Assembly (NCBI GenBank): GCA_965226885.1
Contig: CBDDEL010000010.1
Span: forward strand, 352,001 to 416,000
Length of the DNA: 64,000 nucleotides
From: Opitutales bacterium
GTDB lineage: Bacteria > Verrucomicrobiota > Verrucomicrobiia > Opitutales > UBA2987
Reading direction: 5' to 3'
The position numbers and the translations under genes are program-made. Positions 33,255 through 42,939 of this stretch are shown here, piece after piece. Below the pieces are notes generated by a model that was not told where the DNA came from, did no database searches, and saw only the letters and a program-made list of their open reading frames with translations. Position 1 is the first letter of the stretch; each line of letters begins with the position of its first letter.

Positions 33255-34862
33255 GGTAGTGTTAACATGACGAATGTTTGATATTGCTGTTGTATTCCCA
33301 GATGGGTAGTGTATAAAAAAAGAATGTTATTTTGTATTTTTAGCTGTACAAATAGCGTTAGGCAGTTTATTTTTAGTGCATGGTTACTAAAATTATTAAT
33401 TGTCGGCACTGTGGAAGTGAAAATATCATTAAATTTGGCAAGACGCCCAACCATAAACAGCGCTACCGCTGCCATGATTGTGGTAAACAAAGCCGCGAAA
33501 ACCCCACAGTGAAATACACCGAAGAGCAAAAAGAAATGATCCTTCGAGTCTATCAGGAACGCAGCAGTCTACGCGGTTTACAGCGCGCCTTCGGGGTGAG
33601 TCCCAACACCGTTTTGAGTTGGTTAAAAAAAACGACAATCGCTGCGACCGCTCAAAAGCACGATTCTTGCGGCCCGCCGCCATGATGTCATTGAACTGGA
33701 CGAACTGTGGTCTTTTGTGGGGCGCAAGAGCGATGCCCAATGGGTTTGGATCGCTCTTTGCCGACGCACCCGTCAAATCCTCTCCTATGCCATTGGGCCT
33801 CGGGATTGGTATCGTTGCCGGGAACTTTACGAGCGTCTGCCACGGGCCTACAAAAGATGTGCCACCTACAGCGACTTTTGGAGCACTTATGATGAAGTCT
33901 TTCCTCATAACCGATCCGTGGGAAAAGAAACCGGTGAAACGGCCCATGTGGAACGATGGAACAATACCCTGCGCCAACGACTGGGTCGTTTCACACGCAA
34001 AACCCTCTCCTTTTCCAAGCTTTTAAGAGTATGCATGAAACCTGTCTGAGACTTTTCATTCATCAATATAATCAAGAATTAGCCACCATTCCTACTTAAT
34101 ACACTGCCCCCAGATGAACAAGCACAGGACGCGAAAATGCATGACCAAAGACTTCGAGAATGACAGCGTTTTACGCACATAGCGTGACAGGGACTGTCGC
34201 AAGGTATTGTTCCAGCGTTCGATATGGGCGGTTTGGCCGGATTGTTTCCCGCTGGCGCTGTTGTGAGGGAAAACCTTGTCGTAGCTTTCCCAGTAATCGC
34301 TTACGGTGGCACAGTCGCGATAGGGCTGGGCGATGTTGTGATACAACTGCCAGCACGTTTGATCGCTACGATCACCCAGAGAAAACCCGACGACCTGTCG
34401 GGTACGTCGACACAAGGCTACCCATAGCCATACCTGCCCCGAACGCTTATCGCCCCAGAATGACCACACCTCGTCCAGTTCCAGCACATCACTACACTGG
34501 CGGGCAAGCAGAGTGGACTCCAGCTTCGGCAAACTCAGGACTTTTTTTTAATCCATTCGATGACCGTCTTTGGGGCTACCCCGAAGGTACGGTAAATGGC
34601 ACGCAGGCTCATCCGGTTTTGGTGCGCACGGAGCACCTGCTTGACCAGCGCCGGAGGATGCTCACGACTTTTGGGGTGAAGCCGAAACTGATAACCACAC
34701 CCCTTGCATCGATACTTCTGAACCCCTTTCGGATCCTTGCCGTGCTTGATGATGTGATCGCTTCCGCATTGAGGACATTTTACTGTGATATGGACCATTC
34801 CCAGTTCACAACATAATCACGCTAAAAAGTACAGCTTAATCATTCAAAATGTTAACACTACC
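33255..34862 (-). mobile_element. IS1-A copy 2, interrupted near its 3' end by IS1-B
   Basis: 33255-33304 plus 34109-34862 match the reverse complement of 6963-7758; outer flanks do not match. Confidence 0.95.
33305..34108 (+). mobile_element. IS1-B copy 2 (2-bp insertion near 34021, one IR substitution)
   Basis: 8-bp TSD CCCAGATG; near identity to 32001-32802. Confidence 0.96.
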
Positions 34863-34968
34863 CCAAATTTGAAGCTCGGAGCAACGTTTCTAGGGGAGGT
34901 GAACTTAATGGAATATGTCCTGCAAATTTGATATCCTGCTTCTGTGAAGCTATGGCAATCTCAGTTAG

Positions 34969-35592
34969 CCCGGATATTTCATGAAGGGTAAAGTTTGGCT
35001 CGTTATTGCTATTGGAGATGGATTTCTTTGTATTTTGAGCAGATCGTCTTGATTTTTAGGTGTTTTTCAGGGTGTAGAGACACTGCCCCCTTTCCCCCAT
35101 TGGTTCGGTAGTGCCGGGGGCAGCACCAATGCACCCTTTAGGTTGGCACCAATCGGCGGGCCGCATGGTTGAAAAGACTGGCCCAAGGATAACTCTCACT
35201 TAGGTGAAAGTGAATCGTTCGGGTGTTGCGCACGATGACCGCTCCGATCTTGATTAATTTGAGCCGCAGGGTGTGGCATTGGGCCCGCGCCCACTTCGTC
35301 CCTTTTAAGGCTAACCGGCGCATGGCTTCCATCAAGGTGTAGGCCAGCGCCGACAAGAGCAATCGCCACTGATTGGCCCACCATTGATGGGCGCTGGTGC
35401 GCTCGCTGAACAATTGCATCTGTTCCTTGATTCGGTTCTCCATTTCACCGCGGCCACAGTATACCTTGTCGTAAAGCTCCTGGGGATCGCCCGGCAGGTT
35501 CGTCACCACGAAGCGCGGGTTGGACCCCTGTGCGGTGTGTTCGGCTTTATGGATGACCAACCGCAGCCATCGCCACGAATCGGCAGCATAGA
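34969..35592 (-). mobile_element. IS1380-A copy 3, 3' fragment truncated by IS21
   Basis: TTAG followed by the IR; last ~150 transposase codons; abuts the IS21 IR. Confidence 0.95.
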
Positions 35593-38111
35593 TGTAAACG
35601 CCGGGATGAAACCGGTACGGGGGTCGGGGTAAAACCGGTACGCTTGGAATAAGGTTTAGGTTAGTAATTGCAGGTACGTCAAGGTTTAGGGTTTGGGAGT
35701 TGGTTTTGGGGATTGGCTTGGGGTCGGTGAGGAGGCCGGAGGCCGACGAGCCGGGCCCAAGGCGTTTATTGTTTTGTGCCACGGCGACGGCGTCGAGCAT
35801 CGCGCAAGCGGTAGCTTTGCCCGTTGGCTTCGAGGATATGCACCCGATGGGTGAGTCGGTCCAGCAGAGCTCCGGTGAGCCGTTCGGAACCGAGCACTTC
35901 GATCCAGTTCTCAAAGGGCAGGTTGGTGGTGACGATGAGACTGGTGCGCTCGTAAGCGCGGCTGACCACGTCGAAGAGCAGTTCGGAACCGGTCTTGGAA
36001 AAAGGGACGTAACCGAGTTCGTCGAGGATGAGTAGGTCGAGCCTTTCGAGTTGCTTCATGAAGCGCTGCAGGTCGTGGTTGTCGCGTTGCTCGAGCATAT
36101 GGGTAACCAGGGCGGTGACCCCGAAGAAACGGATCCGCCGGCCCTGGGCACAGGCGGCAAAGCCCAGGGCGGTGGCCAGGTGCGTTTTACCGGTACCGGC
36201 GTTACCGAGGAGCAGCACGTTTTCGCGCTGGTCGACATACTCCCCGCGCATGAGCTCTCGGATGAGCGCTTCGTTGATCGAGGGCTGCGCTTCAAAGGCG
36301 AAGCTCTCGAGGGTCTTGAGCACGGGGAAACGGGCGTTTTTGATCCGCCGCTGGGCGGCCCGCTGTTCGCGTTCAATGAGCTCCCGTTCGACCAGATGCA
36401 ACAAAAAGGCGGCGTAATCGAGCCGGTCCCGGGAACAAGCCGCGGCCACCGCCGGCCATTCGCGCAGGATGGTGGGCAACTTCAGTTTCTTGAGGTGATG
36501 GTGTAACAGCAGCTGGTTTTTTTCTTCCTTCATAAAGCCCCTCCTGGAATCTTGAGCAGTTCGCTGTAGGCACCGAGGTCAGGGGCGGCCACACGGACGT
36601 GACGCAGGTGTGGATGGCCGTCCCCAGCCGGAAGGTTCTGCTCCCGTAGTCTTCCTGAGGATAGAGATACTGGGCGATGGCCTCACGAGTCAGTCCCCCC
36701 ACCCGCAGGGCCGAGACGACGGCCTGCTGCAAGGCCGCCATGGGGTGTTTCTCCAACAGCCGCAGCACCCGGATATACTCCCGGGTGCCTTCGCCCCCGC
36801 ATTGGCTTTCGAGCCGGCGTCTGAGGACCTGCAGGCACTGCGGCAACTGCCAGCCCGAGAGTGGGCGGGCGAAGTCCAAAGCGCCCGGTTTTTTCTCCAG
36901 CAAAGCCAGGTAGTGCACCGGCTCGAAAGAGACTTGCTCTTTATCCCAAATGCGGCGGTGCCGGGCCACCTCTTGGCCCCCACAGAAGATCATCACCTGC
37001 CGACAGGACCCTTCCACCACCACCGGATGGTGGGCGCAGCGCACCGGCACCGAATAGTCGTTGCACTCGAAGCGCACCAGCGAGAGGCTGCTGACGCAGG
37101 TCGAGCGTTTGCGGCTCGCTTCAAAGGGTATGGGCGGCAACGCCAGCATGACGGCGCGCTCCTCGGCCAGCAGTTCCTTTTTCACCGCCCTTTTCCCGCG
37201 TAATTTACGCTCCATGTCCCGCTCACATGCCTCCAACAGCTTTGCGTTGAGTTCCTCCAGGTCCCGAACCTGCGGTACCGGTACCAGGAAGTTGGCCCGG
37301 GCATAACGCACGATCCCCTCGACCACGCCCTTCTCGTTGGGCCGGGCGGGCAGACAGAAGTGTTCCTCGAACAGGTAATGGCTCTGTAGCTGCAGAAACC
37401 CGTCGGTCAGCTTGCGTTCACGCGAACCGATAATCTTACCCACCGCCACCTTCGAGTTGTCATAGCTGATGCGCCGGGGCACCGCCCCGAAAAACTCAAA
37501 AGCTCGCAGGTGCCCCTCCCAGAAGCTCTCCGTGCACTCCCGTTCGAACACCTGCACGAAAAAGGCATCGCTGTAGGGCAGGCTCATGGCAAAAAATGGC
37601 CGCCTACGCAATTGCCCCGCCTCCTTCACCAGGGCATGACCGAAGTCCACCTGTCCCTCCCCGGGGCGGTGCTCCAGCGGCACGAACACTTCCCGCCGCC
37701 TCGCTCGCAGCTCGGCCACCACCTCCTTGACCGCCGTGTAGCCCCCTTGGTAGCCCTTCTCCCGACCCAAACGCTGGTAGATCCGTTTGGCCGTATGGCG
37801 CTGCTTCTTGGGCACGTTCCGGTCCGCTTTGAGCACCTCCTCGATCCAGCCCACATACGGATCGATCTTGCGCTCTCGCCTCTTCTTGCGCCGGTATCCC
37901 GGCGGCTGGGAATAGGCCAGCATCTTTCCCAGGGTCTCCCAGTGCAGTCCCTCTTCTCGCATTACAGAGCGCTTGCTCTGCTTGTCCCGCAGCACTTTGT
38001 GCCGCACTCTTGTCCATTGCTTCATATCTCGATACACTCCTCCTTTCTAGGATAAGCGTACCGGTTTTAAAGCGCCCTCTTTACCGTACCGGTTTTTCCC
38101 CGGCGTTTACA
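35593..38111 (-). mobile_element. IS21 copy 3 (istA 36373-38037 with the +2 frameshift, istB 35766-36533)
   Basis: Near-identical to copy 1; no TSD. Confidence 0.97.
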
Positions 38112-38151
38112 ACCCCGCTCGCAAGCCTTCAAAAAGGAGGGCTCGGGTACG

Positions 38152-39117
38152 ATGACATTGACACCACTTCAACCGGAGCGACCCACGGCATACCGCTTTT
38201 GCAACTGGGATCGCGATTTCGAGAACTCAAGCAGCCGCAAGGTCGATAATGCACAGTGGGTGCGAGCGTCCAACAACCACGAAAACCGCCAATATCTGAC
38301 GATAGCCCGTCAGGAGAACGCAGTTGAGCTCATTGGTGCCAAGGAGTTATTGGCTCAGGCGGGATCGAAAATGCAGGAACGCGGACTTTTCGTGGATCAA
38401 TCGGGGCCGTTAATCGCAGAGGACATCGCTCAAATGGTAAGAATGCCAACTGAACCGATAGAGAGAGCCTTGGAATTTTTCTCAAATCCGTCCGTTGGAT
38501 TGATCGAGAAAATCCCCTGTCCAAAGCAACTGAATCTTTCTGGTCGGCAGGGCGATGGAGTAAACACGCTTCCTGTTAATTTGCCAGGTGAAACACGCCC
38601 CGATGGGATAGTATCCCACCCAGCCGGGATAGCATCCCGCGCAGGTGGGCCAGAAAGGAAAAGAAAGAGTGCACCGGCTGGCACCGGCTCAGACTCACAA
38701 AGTTCTTCAAAATATAAAAAAACTTCAGCTTCTAATCAAAAGCCATTCCAAAAGCCCACCCAGCAGGAGTGGTTGGCTTATATGGCTTCGATCCTGGTAC
38801 CCTCTCAAGCGGCTGAGAAGGCGTTCCACCACTACGAGGCTGTGGGCTGGACGGTGGGCCGCAATAACCGCCCCATGATGGATTGGAAGGCGGCGGCGCA
38901 GACTATCAAATGCAATCACATCAAAGAGGGTGGGACGCTTCTGGGCGATGGCCCTACCCATAAGGAGCCGGATGGCTGGCGGGAGTGGTATGTGAAGACA
39001 TACCCGCCAGACAAGTACCCCGTACAACCTCGCTACGAAACCAGAACATGGGCGGATTTGCCGGATTTTATGCGGGATGAGTTTTTTGCAAAGCAGAAAA
39101 AGGAGGATGCAGCGTGA
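38152..39117 (+). CDS. Phage-type replication initiator / replisome organiser-like protein
   Basis: C-terminal PT..E...Y...AFHHYEAVGWTVG...MMDWKAA motif typical of phage replication proteins; GTGA overlap with dnaB; AGGAGG RBS. Confidence 0.7.
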   Translation: MTLTPLQPERPTAYRFCNWDRDFENSSSRKVDNAQWVRASNNHENRQYLTIARQENAVELIGAKELLAQAGSKMQERGLFVDQSGPLIAEDIAQMVRMPTEPIERALEFFSNPSVGLIEKIPCPKQLNLSGRQGDGVNTLPVNLPGETRPDGIVSHPAGIASRAGGPERKRKSAPAGTGSDSQSSSKYKKTSASNQKPFQKPTQQEWLAYMASILVPSQAAEKAFHHYEAVGWTVGRNNRPMMDWKAAAQTIKCNHIKEGGTLLGDGPTHKEPDGWREWYVKTYPPDKYPVQPRYETRTWADLPDFMRDEFFAKQKKEDAA

Positions 39118-40460
39118 TGGCCGGAATAGATGGGACGGTTGTGCCGTCCAACGTTGACGCAGAGGCGGGCTTGCTTGGATGCTGCCTGCTTGAGGAGGGG
39201 GAGGAGGTGCTCGCTAAATGCATGGTGGCGCGGCTAACTCCCGATGATTTTTTCAAACCGGGCCACCAGATGATTTTCAAGGCTCTTTGCAGCCTCCACC
39301 AAAAAAACGTCCCGCCAGATGAAATTACCCTCGCTGATGAATTGCAGAGAATGGGGCAATTAGAGGAAGCCGGGGGATACCCTGAGATGGCCAATCTTAC
39401 CAGCCAAATCGATACTACGGCCCATTCCAAACACTGGCTGGACATTGTGAAGGAAAAGGCCACCAGGCGCAGCATCATCAAGGCAGGCACCATACTTGTT
39501 GAAAATGCCAGGCAAAACCATGAGGATATTCAATCCGTCCTGGACAGCGCCGAAAAAACCATATTCGCCCTTTCGAGGGATCAGGTTTCAAACTCGGCCC
39601 GGCACGTATCCAGCGTTGTCGATGACTTCAAGCAATCGCTGGCGCAGGAGGCGAATGTGCTTCATGGGCTCCACACTGGCTTCCTTGATCTGGATACAAA
39701 GACTTCCGGCCTCCACGCCGGGGAAATGAACGTCCTGGCCGCCCGGACATCAATCGGCAAAACAGCATTGGCTCTAAATATCGCCGCGAATGTGGTATTG
39801 CCCAAATCAGGAGGAAACGGTCAAGGGGTTTTGATATTCTCACTGGAAATGTCCAGCGAGCAACTCATCCAGCGAATGGTTTGCAGCCGTGCATCAATCA
39901 ACCTGGCAAAGTTGCGTCAAGGGTATCTCAAACAAGAGGATCGGGAGAAACTGGATTATACAGCCGATGAAATCCATGCCGCGCCCCTTTGGATTGATGA
40001 TACGGCGTCGATGAACATTCTGGAACTGAGGGCTAAGGCTAGGCGCATGGTCGCCCAGCATAGCGAGATCAGCCTAATTATTCTCGACTACTTACAGTTG
40101 GTAAGCGGAACGGATCGACGTGTTTCCCGCGAGCAGCAGGTATCAGAAATCTCCGGCGGACTCAAGGCTTTGGCCAAGGAATTGAAGATGCCGGTTCTTG
40201 TTCTCAGCCAATTGAACCGATCCTTAGAAACAAACAGCCGCCAACCGCGCCTGTCTGATCTCCGAGAGTCCGGGGCCATCGAGCAGGATGCCGACGTTGT
40301 GCTGCTCATGTCGAAACCCGCCAATCAAGGAGAGGCATACGCGGCTGTAGAAACGGTTGATCTGAACATTGCCAAACAGCGAAATGGGCCTGTGGGCCAT
40401 GTGCGCCTGGCATTTCAACCGCAATTCACCCGGTTCGAGAATTTCCAATCAGAGGGATAG
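39114..40460 (+). CDS. dnaB: Replicative DNA helicase DnaB (mobile-element copy)
   Basis: AARTSIGKT, FSLEMS, DYLQL, LSQLNR, SDLRESGAIEQDAD, IAKQRNGP. Confidence 0.97.
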   Translation: MMAGIDGTVVPSNVDAEAGLLGCCLLEEGEEVLAKCMVARLTPDDFFKPGHQMIFKALCSLHQKNVPPDEITLADELQRMGQLEEAGGYPEMANLTSQIDTTAHSKHWLDIVKEKATRRSIIKAGTILVENARQNHEDIQSVLDSAEKTIFALSRDQVSNSARHVSSVVDDFKQSLAQEANVLHGLHTGFLDLDTKTSGLHAGEMNVLAARTSIGKTALALNIAANVVLPKSGGNGQGVLIFSLEMSSEQLIQRMVCSRASINLAKLRQGYLKQEDREKLDYTADEIHAAPLWIDDTASMNILELRAKARRMVAQHSEISLIILDYLQLVSGTDRRVSREQQVSEISGGLKALAKELKMPVLVLSQLNRSLETNSRQPRLSDLRESGAIEQDADVVLLMSKPANQGEAYAAVETVDLNIAKQRNGPVGHVRLAFQPQFTRFENFQSEG

Positions 40461-40471
40461 CATTGATAATT

Positions 40472-40819
40472 ATGCATGAATTAGAAAAAACGACGCAAGC
40501 CGGTGGGATCGTTCCACTGCCAAAAGTGATCCGTAAACAGGGGTTTACCCTGACTCAGACATGGCGGAAGGGGACCGTAGCTATTTTTGAACAGATGAAA
40601 CCCGGATGGGCCAAGCCGGGATATGAGGTAATTATCATTCGGGTAGGGAAAGGCCATTATTTGGGCGACCAAAAGGATACCCTAATGGAGCGGTACCCTA
40701 CCAACAATGAATGGGGCAAGTATGGCTGGACCCATCCCAATGAAGAAAGTGCCAAAATTGCGGCCAACAATGCTTATCGGGAAGAATTGCTAAATCGGGA
40801 GGGCAAGAGTGCTGCGTAA
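40472..40819 (+). CDS. Hypothetical phage-type protein
   Basis: Directly follows dnaB; YEV...ERYP..NEWG..GWT motif; function unknown. Confidence 0.7.
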   Translation: MHELEKTTQAGGIVPLPKVIRKQGFTLTQTWRKGTVAIFEQMKPGWAKPGYEVIIIRVGKGHYLGDQKDTLMERYPTNNEWGKYGWTHPNEESAKIAANNAYREELLNREGKSAA

Positions 40820-40993
40820 AGGTATCAGGAAGGTCTTACTGTACGTCCGAAAACGGGAGGTTGGGGGTAAATAGGTATCAGAGTGCCACTTTTTCAGAAA
40901 TTCGATGTTTTCAGCATGAATTTCACATTCATACCTGTGGACATGGATTCAGAATTAGAACCAGTACGTTTTCTTCAAATTACATACAATATT

Positions 40994-41056
40994 GGGGGCG
41001 AAGGATTTCGATGGCGCAGCAGTGACCGGATGGCGGTTCGATTCCGCCCGCCTCCA
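40994..41056 (+). ncRNA. Mini tmRNA-like RNA: tRNA-like domain only, no mRNA-like domain
   Basis: GGGGGCG/CGCCTCC-A acceptor stem with G3:U70; AAGGATTTCGA tmRNA-type D-loop; short capped helix; GAT linker; GGCGG-TTCGATT-CCGCC T-arm. Confidence 0.8.
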
Positions 41057-41075
41057 GCAAATCAAAGGAAAAAAC

Positions 41076-41279
41076 ATGAGCAAATGGAAAAAAGTCAAGG
41101 AACGCCTGGAAGACCTTCTCGACGCACCTGATGCAAAGATAACGAAGGGCAAAGCGGCCAAAAGGCTGGGGATGTCCCACCGTGCCCTCCATTTCTACCT
41201 GTGGAATGGAACATCGACTCCAAACTACGACCTTGGATGCGAATTTCTGAGGCTGGCCAAATCGCTTGAGGACAAATAA
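41076..41279 (+). CDS. Small Cro/XRE-like helix-turn-helix protein (67 aa)
   Basis: ITKGKAAKRLGMSHRALHFYLWNGTSTP; AAAGGA RBS. Confidence 0.7.
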   Translation: MSKWKKVKERLEDLLDAPDAKITKGKAAKRLGMSHRALHFYLWNGTSTPNYDLGCEFLRLAKSLEDK

Positions 41280-41488
41280 TATAAACAACTGGACCAACTG
41301 GTGGACCAAGGCCCAGCCCAATAGAAAGGAGGGAAACCATGACTGATATTATCACAATATCCCTTTTGATGTACCGGGAAGGAAGGAACCGAATCCATCC
41401 TAAACCACATGTTGAATCTAATTTATTATGTAAAATTTTACAAATAACAATTCAAACAATTTAAGGGAGATAAAACTATATGAATAAT

Positions 41489-42818
41489 CACTAGTGTCCA
41501 GTTAAGCGGCCAGTCTAAAGTCGTATTTCGTTGATGATGTGTTTGTTGAGTAGCCACATGGATGTGACGCATTTGAAGTTAGCTGGCGCTTTCCGCACCC
41601 TTTTTGAGACTGGGCAGCATGAACGAAGGCCGCCTTGCATTCACGCAGGCGATGGATTTGCTCCATCGCGAACAGTTCGAACGCTGCGTTAGTCTTTATC
41701 CCATGCCAAGAACCAGTCGTAGTTTCAGTGCCCGTGATCAGTTCTTGAGCATGGCCTTTGCGCAAATGACATTCCGTGAGAGTTTGCGTGACATCGAGGC
41801 GTGTCTGCGGGGAAGTCCTCACTTGTATGCGATGGGAATCCGGGGCAATGTGACACGCACGAACTTGGCCTACGCCAACGAGCATCGCAACTGGCGCCTT
41901 TACGAAGCATTGGCTCAAGTGCTCATCGCCAAGGCGCGCCGTTTGTATGCCCAAGACGCGATTGGATTGAATGTAGACGAGATGGTTTATGCCCTGGATG
42001 CCTCGACCATAGACCTGTGCCTGTCGTTGTTTTCGTGGGCAACATTTCGCCGCACCAAGGCGGCCATCAAACTGCATACGATGATGGACTTGCGTGGCTC
42101 CATCCCTATATTCATCAGTATTACAGACGCAAGCGTGCATGACGTGAACATCCTTGATGAACTGGCTTTTGAACCCGCAAGCATTTACGTAATGGATCGT
42201 GGTTACGTCGATTTTCAGCGGCTCTTTCGCATCCATTTGGCTGCTGCCTTCTTCGTCACCCGCGCCAAAAGCAATATGAGTTTTACGTTAGTGCTTCCCA
42301 ACCCGTGGACCGATCCAGCGGAATCAGTTGCGACCAGATCATCGGATTGAAAGTCGCCAAAAGCAAAAGCCAATACCCCGGCAAGCTCCGGCGCATTCGC
42401 TACCGCGATGGCGCAACTGGCCAGAGGCTGGTCTTCCTCACCAACAACTTCACCTTGCCCGCCTTGACTATCGCGGCCATTTACAAAAGCCGCTGGCGCA
42501 TTGAGCTGTTCTGCTGGCGCATTGAGCTGTTCTTTAAGTGGATCAAGCAAAACCTCCGCATCAAGGCTTTCTACGGCACCACCGAAAACGCCGTGAAGAC
42601 CCAAATTTGGGTAGCCATATGCGTTTATCTCATGGTCGCCTGTTTGAAAAAAGTGCATGGAGTCACTGAAAGTCTGAGTCGGATTCTGCAAGTTTTGAGT
42701 GTGAACGTCTTTCAAAAAGATCCTGTATATCAACTACTTGCAAAGTTCGAAACAAGAAAGCCAAACTTAGCATTACACAACCAGTTGATGCTCAAGGGCT
42801 TTTAACTGGACACTAGTG
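41489..42818 (+). mobile_element. IS4-family element; transposase 41619-42805 frameshifted near 42283 and with a 21-bp duplication
   Basis: IRs CACTAGTGTCCAGTTAA; 9-bp TSD ATGAATAAT; LDASTIDL, MDRGY, YKSRWRIELFFKWIKQ (YREK). Confidence 0.95.
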
Positions 42819-42939
42819 ATGAATAATATTTGATGTGATTTTAGATATCATTGGTATACAATGGGTTGAGAATTATCGCAAATTATTTAATATTCCGATT
42901 TATACCGATTTAAATGCCCTTCGATCGCGAGTACCCTAG

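Noticed and set aside
35138..35914. Apparent novel 258-aa fusion protein
   Set aside because: Chance read-through from the IS21 end into the truncated IS1380 transposase; similar chimeric ORFs occur at other IS junctions (754-1200, 14701-15471, 32798-33529).
40994..41059. Ordinary tRNA-Ala or the host's functional tmRNA
   Set aside because: No D-stem or 7-nt anticodon loop for a tRNA; no tag ORF or pseudoknot region for a full tmRNA.
40992..41075. N-terminal extension of the HTH ORF (95-aa call from TTG 40992)
   Set aside because: It overlaps the structured RNA; ATG 41076 has its own RBS.
41339..41464. 41-aa ORF with a strong AGGAGG RBS after the HTH gene
   Set aside because: No recognisable motif; cannot be distinguished from decayed phage sequence.
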